From: a bacterium
GTDB taxonomy: Bacteria > Patescibacteriota > Minisyncoccia > Ryanbacterales > GWA2-47-10b
Reading direction: 5' to 3'
NCBI GenBank assembly: GCA_027624915.1
Contig: JAQBTR010000008.1
Span: 1-37,080 of the forward strand
Length of the DNA: 37,080 nt
The notes beneath the pieces are model-generated. The model ran no database searches. It saw only the letters and a program-made list of their open reading frames with translations, and had not been told where the DNA came from. How positions within the stretch are numbered: the first letter of the stretch is position 1; every line of letters begins with the position of its first letter. Below, piece by piece: positions 33,552 through 37,080 of the stretch. The position numbers and the translations under genes are program-made.

Positions 33552-35006
33552 ATGGAAATACCAAAAGAGATTCTCTCTATAATAAATACGCTCGAAAAGG
33601 CAGATTTCGAGGCTTTTGTCGTTGGCGGGAGCGTGCGTGATATTCTTATGGGCCGAAAGCCAAAGGATTGGGACATAGCAACAGATGCCCCACCAGAGGA
33701 AATTGTTAAACTCTTCCCCGATTCAATGTACGAGAACAAATTTGGCACTGTTAGTATTTTTCCAAAGAATGTTTCTGACCCAGCACTTGAGATGGTCGAA
33801 GTAACCCCCTACCGCGTTGAATCTAACTATTCAGACAAGCGTCATCCAGACAAAGTAGAATTTGGTAAAAGCCTAGAAGAAGATCTTTCGCGCAGAGACT
33901 TTACAATTAACGCGCTCGCCCTCAATGTCAAGACAGACGAGGTTGTTGATTTATTTCAAGGCAAAAAAGATTTTAAAGACGGGTTGATTCGTGCGGTTGG
34001 CGATCCAGAGGAGCGGTTTGAAGAAGATGCCTTACGTATCATGCGCGCACTCCGATTGTCAGCTGAACTCGGTTATGCAATTGAGCCAAAGACAAAAGAA
34101 GCGATAACTAACAAGGTTAAACTCCTAAGATTTGTATCCAAAGAACGAATTAGGGATGAGTTTTCCAAAATAATTGCCTCCTTCGAGCCACACTACATTC
34201 TTGATCTTATGAGAGAGCTCGGCATCATGAGTCTTGTACTACCCGAGCTCGAAGAAGGATTTGGTGTTGGTCAGAATAAACATCATGTATACACGGTTTG
34301 GGAACACAATCTTTTTGCGCTCAAGTATGCCGCCGAACAGCATTGGTCTCTTGAGGTGCGCATGGCGGCCTTACTGCATGACATAGGTAAACCCAGAAGT
34401 AAGCGTGGAGAAGGCCACGATTCTACTTTTTATGGGCACGAGATTGTTGGCGCCAAAATGACTCACACCATACTCACACGACTTAAATATTCAAAGGCTT
34501 TTATTGATAAGATCACCAAGCTTGTTCGTTACCACCTCTTTTATTACAACGTAGATGAGGTTGGAGAAGCTTCAGTAAGGCGTCTTATTCGTAAGGTTGG
34601 CCCAGAGGATATGGAAGATCTTATTCGTGTTCGTTTTTGTGACAGGATTGGGTCTGGCGTACCAAAAGCCGAGCCATATAAGTTGCGACACTTCCGTTTT
34701 GTTATAGAAAAGCTTTCTCGCGACCCCATCTCGGTAAAGATGCTCAAGATTACAGGAGAGGATGTGATGAAGGCAACAGAGTTAAAGCCCGGGCCAAGGG
34801 TCGGCATGCTTTTGAACGCACTTTTTGAAGAAGTTTTGGATGACCCAAAGAAAAACAAAAAAGCGACGCTCACCCGTCGCGTAAAGGAACTCGCTGAACT
34901 AAAGGATAGTGAATTAAAAAAGATGGCAGATGAGGCCAAAAACAAATCAGCAGGACTCGAAGAAGAAGAAGTCAAAAAAATCAAAGGCAAGCATAAGGTT
35001 AAGTAA
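33552..35006 (+). CDS. cca: CCA-adding tRNA nucleotidyltransferase (class II, with HD domain)
   Basis: Pol-beta NT motif (FVVGGSVRDILMGRKPKDWDIATDA), RDFTINALA, and an HD domain (LLHDIGKP); Lys-rich C-terminal tail. Confidence 0.9.
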   Translation: MEIPKEILSIINTLEKADFEAFVVGGSVRDILMGRKPKDWDIATDAPPEEIVKLFPDSMYENKFGTVSIFPKNVSDPALEMVEVTPYRVESNYSDKRHPDKVEFGKSLEEDLSRRDFTINALALNVKTDEVVDLFQGKKDFKDGLIRAVGDPEERFEEDALRIMRALRLSAELGYAIEPKTKEAITNKVKLLRFVSKERIRDEFSKIIASFEPHYILDLMRELGIMSLVLPELEEGFGVGQNKHHVYTVWEHNLFALKYAAEQHWSLEVRMAALLHDIGKPRSKRGEGHDSTFYGHEIVGAKMTHTILTRLKYSKAFIDKITKLVRYHLFYYNVDEVGEASVRRLIRKVGPEDMEDLIRVRFCDRIGSGVPKAEPYKLRHFRFVIEKLSRDPISVKMLKITGEDVMKATELKPGPRVGMLLNALFEEVLDDPKKNKKATLTRRVKELAELKDSELKKMADEAKNKSAGLEEEEVKKIKGKHKVK

Positions 35007-35015
35007 AGACTTGTC

Positions 35016-35086
35016 GCGGAGTATAGTATAGTGGTCGTACGCACTCTTCGGGAGGGTGTAGCCCCGGTTCGATTCCGGGTACTCCG
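35016..35086 (+). tRNA. tRNA-Pro (anticodon CGG), no encoded CCA
   Basis: C1:G72 acceptor (CGGAGTA/TACTCCG), anticodon loop TTCGGGA, T-arm CCCGG-TTCGATT-CCGGG. Confidence 0.75.
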
Positions 35087-35217
35087 ACAAAAAAAATCTC
35101 AAAAAAAGAGCTCGAGGTGTTGCATAGGCATTGAGTCATTTCGTAAGATTGATAAAATTAAATATTTGAGGTACTGTACGATCAAATTTGAGTGCAGTAA
35201 CCTACAAGGAGGCATTC

Positions 35218-35442
35218 ATGCCAATGATAATGCTTCTTGTTGTGTGTCATTGCGGTCATCGTAATCGACCAACCAATGGATACAGAAAATCAATTCAGAT
35301 GATCTTGCGAGGCGAGCTTGCTCCATGCCGAAGTTGTGGTGCTAGACTCAACCCAGAGTTTCCTAACACACTAACTGGACGTCGAATCTATCAGGAGCTT
35401 ATTGATACCGGGGAATTTCCAGTCCTTCATCCTAAGTTATAG
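35218..35442 (+). CDS. small zinc-ribbon protein (74 aa)
   Basis: SD AAGGAGG 6 nt before the ATG; CxC...CxxC pattern (CHCGH ... CRSCGARL). A hairpin plus T-tract terminator follows at about 35443-35475. Confidence 0.5.
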   Translation: MPMIMLLVVCHCGHRNRPTNGYRKSIQMILRGELAPCRSCGARLNPEFPNTLTGRRIYQELIDTGEFPVLHPKL

Positions 35443-35494
35443 TCGCCTCTTGAGGGCGACTTTTTTGTTTGTTTAAGATATAACTAGTTCATCA

Positions 35495-35565
35495 GGGCCT
35501 ATAGTTAAGTGGTATAACGGCGCATTCGCATTGCACAAGCGGGAGTTCGATTCTCCCTAGGTCCA
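35495..35565 (+). tRNA. tRNA-Ala (anticodon CGC), no encoded CCA
   Basis: G3:U70 wobble in the acceptor (GGGCCTA/TAGGTCC), anticodon loop TTCGCAT, T-arm GGGAG-TTCGATT-CTCCC. There is one mismatch in the anticodon stem. Confidence 0.7.
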
Positions 35566-35612
35566 CAAGAAAAAAGCCTTATTTAGAGCTATTTTTGGGC
35601 CCAGAGAGCCCT

Positions 35613-35641
35613 TGACAAAAGGATTAAAAAATAGTATAATA
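35613..35641 (+). promoter_or_regulatory. perfect-consensus sigma70 promoter TTGACA-17-TATAAT
   Basis: TTGACA at 35613-35618, a 17-nt spacer, TATAAT at 35636-35641. The leader contains the hairpin CGCAG-ttag-CTGCG, then GGAGG before a GTG start. Confidence 0.6.
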
Positions 35642-35710
35642 CCACCAGGAATTGAGTTTTTAGTACTTAGACAAACGCAGTTAGCTGCGTACAAATACGG
35701 AGGAATACGA

Positions 35711-35932
35711 GTGACCTGGCTTCGATTTTTTATCGGGACCCCACAGCGCCTCATGAGGACCCTCCTCGTGATTGTTGCTCTGGTGGTGTTCTCACACCTC
35801 TACCCCGGTACGATAGCGAACGGGCTTCACCAGCTAGTGTGGGAGATTCAGCCCATTGTGGGCCCGATCCTCACTCTCGTCCTCGTCGTTATTGGGATTC
35901 GAATCATTCTTACTGGAATTGGCAGGCGCTGA
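35711..35932 (+). CDS. small two-TM membrane protein (73 aa) in a GC-rich islet
   Basis: GGAGG 7 nt before the GTG. Hydrophobic helices (LLVIVALVVFSHLY ... ILTLVLVVIGIRIIL). The track start at 35612 falls inside the promoter. Confidence 0.4.
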   Translation: MTWLRFFIGTPQRLMRTLLVIVALVVFSHLYPGTIANGLHQLVWEIQPIVGPILTLVLVVIGIRIILTGIGRR

Positions 35933-35958
35933 TTCCCAAAGACCAAGAAGGAATTCAA

Positions 35959-36240
35959 ATGAGCACATTCGGCAATACGATCCTTCGAGTCTTCTCGTAC
36001 GTGGTGGGTGCCGCTCTCGTGGTATACGGCTGGTACGAGTTCTCTCCGTTCATGATTCAGATGCTTGACCTTAACCTCGTTGCCATCAAATTTGTCTGCG
36101 GCCTACTCCCAGATGAGTATGGCACAATGACAGAGGCAGCGCTTCGAGTCAGCTTGCACGCCGACAAGGCACTGTTGCTGGCCGAGGGTGGCTGGGTCGT
36201 CAGTGGCTTCATCCACCTGTTCAGAGTCGCCTTTCGGTGA
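35959..36240 (+). CDS. small membrane protein (93 aa) in a GC-rich islet
   Basis: AAGGAA before the ATG (MSTFGNTILRVFSYVVGAALVVYGW...), followed by a strong terminator. Confidence 0.4.
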   Translation: MSTFGNTILRVFSYVVGAALVVYGWYEFSPFMIQMLDLNLVAIKFVCGLLPDEYGTMTEAALRVSLHADKALLLAEGGWVVSGFIHLFRVAFR

Positions 36241-36272
36241 CCAACACCTGAGCTGTCAGGAATACAGCATAA

Positions 36273-36306
36273 GCGCCCCCAATTCATCGGGGGCGCGTTT
36301 CTTTTT
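36273..36306 (+). terminator. rho-independent terminator
   Basis: GCGCCCCC-aattcatc-GGGGGCGC followed by GTTTCTTTTTAT. Confidence 0.8.
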
Positions 36307-36634
36307 ATACCAAAGAAAAAAACCGCTCACTAAGAGTGGAAGGAGAAGTAACTCCAATCTTGCGAAAAATCATATGATTCGTAAGTCTCACAATGTCGTT
36401 GCGTTTCCAAATGAGAAAAATAATTGAAAATATTACGTGCGAAGATGAGCGGGTTTAAAAGAACCAGAGCCTGTCTTAGATATATCATGGTGTCACCCCC
36501 TGTCCTTATGTGAGGTTCTAGCTAAAAGAATAGGACAAAAAGGACATAAAGCCAATTGTTACGGCTCTTGTTTTTGGAGCCCCCGCATGATTAGATAAGA
36601 ATATTAGGCGTTAATCTATTTTTTATGAAAAAAC

Positions 36635-37080
36635 TTTCTTTTTTGTTGATAGCTCTATTTTCACTAACTGGGTTTGCCAATGCAGCCACCGAACTCAATG
36701 TTGTTGATTCTGACGGCAATGTAAAAACACAGTTTGATGTAGAAGACAATATCTATATCGAGGGTGTTTGCGACGCAGCATCCAATGATATTACAAAGGT
36801 ATATATTATGAATAACCAGCCAAGCTGGTCAGTGGGCATGGAGGTCTCTGATGTATCTGCTGGAATCGAAATTTTTGAGGTTAACGGTAACGGTGATATT
36901 ATCAAAAAACTTATTTGGAAGGGTCCAACCAATGCTGGAGAATATGATGTATTCCTTGATGTAAATAATAATCGCAAGGTAGATAATTTTGAAATTGAAT
37001 GTATTCTTGGGAGTGGTCCAGAATTTGCATTTCGTGTTGGGGCTGGAGCACTCCCACCTCCACCACCCCCACCCGTTGAA
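36635..37080 (+). CDS. secreted hypothetical protein, 3' end lies outside the window
   Basis: ATG at 36635. Signal peptide MKKLSFLLIALFSLTGFANA. The frame stays open to the window edge and the visible sequence ends in a poly-Pro stretch (PPPPPPPVE). Confidence 0.55.

Noticed and set aside
34544-35044. 166-aa minus-strand ORF
   Set aside because: It is antisense to cca and overlaps tRNA-Pro; its Ser-rich low-complexity translation is the mirror of the Lys/Glu-rich cca tail.
36753-36977. 74-aa minus-strand ORF
   Set aside because: It is antisense to the clearly signal-peptide-bearing partial CDS starting at 36635.
1-37080. CRISPR arrays, rRNA genes, transposases or IS elements
   Set aside because: No regularly spaced direct repeats, no rRNA-like conserved stretches and no DDE transposase-like ORFs were seen in any frame.

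Overview
This is a 37 kb window from an AT-rich (about 40% GC) genome with a reduced, tightly packed layout. It reads like a Patescibacteria/CPR-type bacterium, but that is an inference from gene content (the rpmH-rnpA-yidC-jag operon at the window start, tRNAs without encoded CCA next to a cca gene, short genes). Part 1: the backbone holds a partial rpmH, rnpA, yidC, jag, rsmA/ksgA, a UvrD/PcrA helicase, a LysM-M23 peptidase, comM, lexA with an autoregulated promoter, a DksA-like gene, pnp, a NYN-domain gene, rpsO, a xerC/D-like recombinase, cca, and four tRNAs (Arg-TCG, Lys-CTT, Pro-CGG, Ala-CGC). An 11.7 kb single-strand operon (1577-13346, minus strand) encodes a type IV secretion-like apparatus: a VirB4 ATPase with a separately framed N-terminal-domain ORF, a PrgI/VirB3-like protein, a VirB6/TrbL-like polytopic protein with a long charged tail, a VirB2/TrbC-like pilin with a cysteine-rich extension, plus secreted, TolB-like and Ca-binding-repeat proteins. 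No VirD4, VirB11 or relaxase is present in the window. Part 2: the most unusual signal is four GC-rich islets (about 20.85-21.37 kb, 23.2-23.95 kb, 29.74-33.05 kb, 35.6-36.3 kb) embedded in the AT-rich backbone. Three of them have E. coli-consensus sigma70 promoters (TTGACA/TTGACC-17-TATAAT/TATAAG); each has strong Shine-Dalgarno sites and GC-rich hairpin terminators, and together they carry hypothetical genes that sit next to comM, a xer gene with a dif-like palindrome, and tRNA genes. The largest islet carries an SPFH/band-7 protein with a 490-aa polytopic membrane partner. Other items: a promoter-to-terminator candidate sRNA of about 215 nt divergent from lexA; a LexA box in the lexA promoter spacer with a co-transcribed small ORF; a 17-nt duplicate of the tRNA-Arg 3' end beside a 48-bp perfect palindrome; and a NYN-domain gene between rpsO and pnp. 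No CRISPR array, rRNA or transposase was found.
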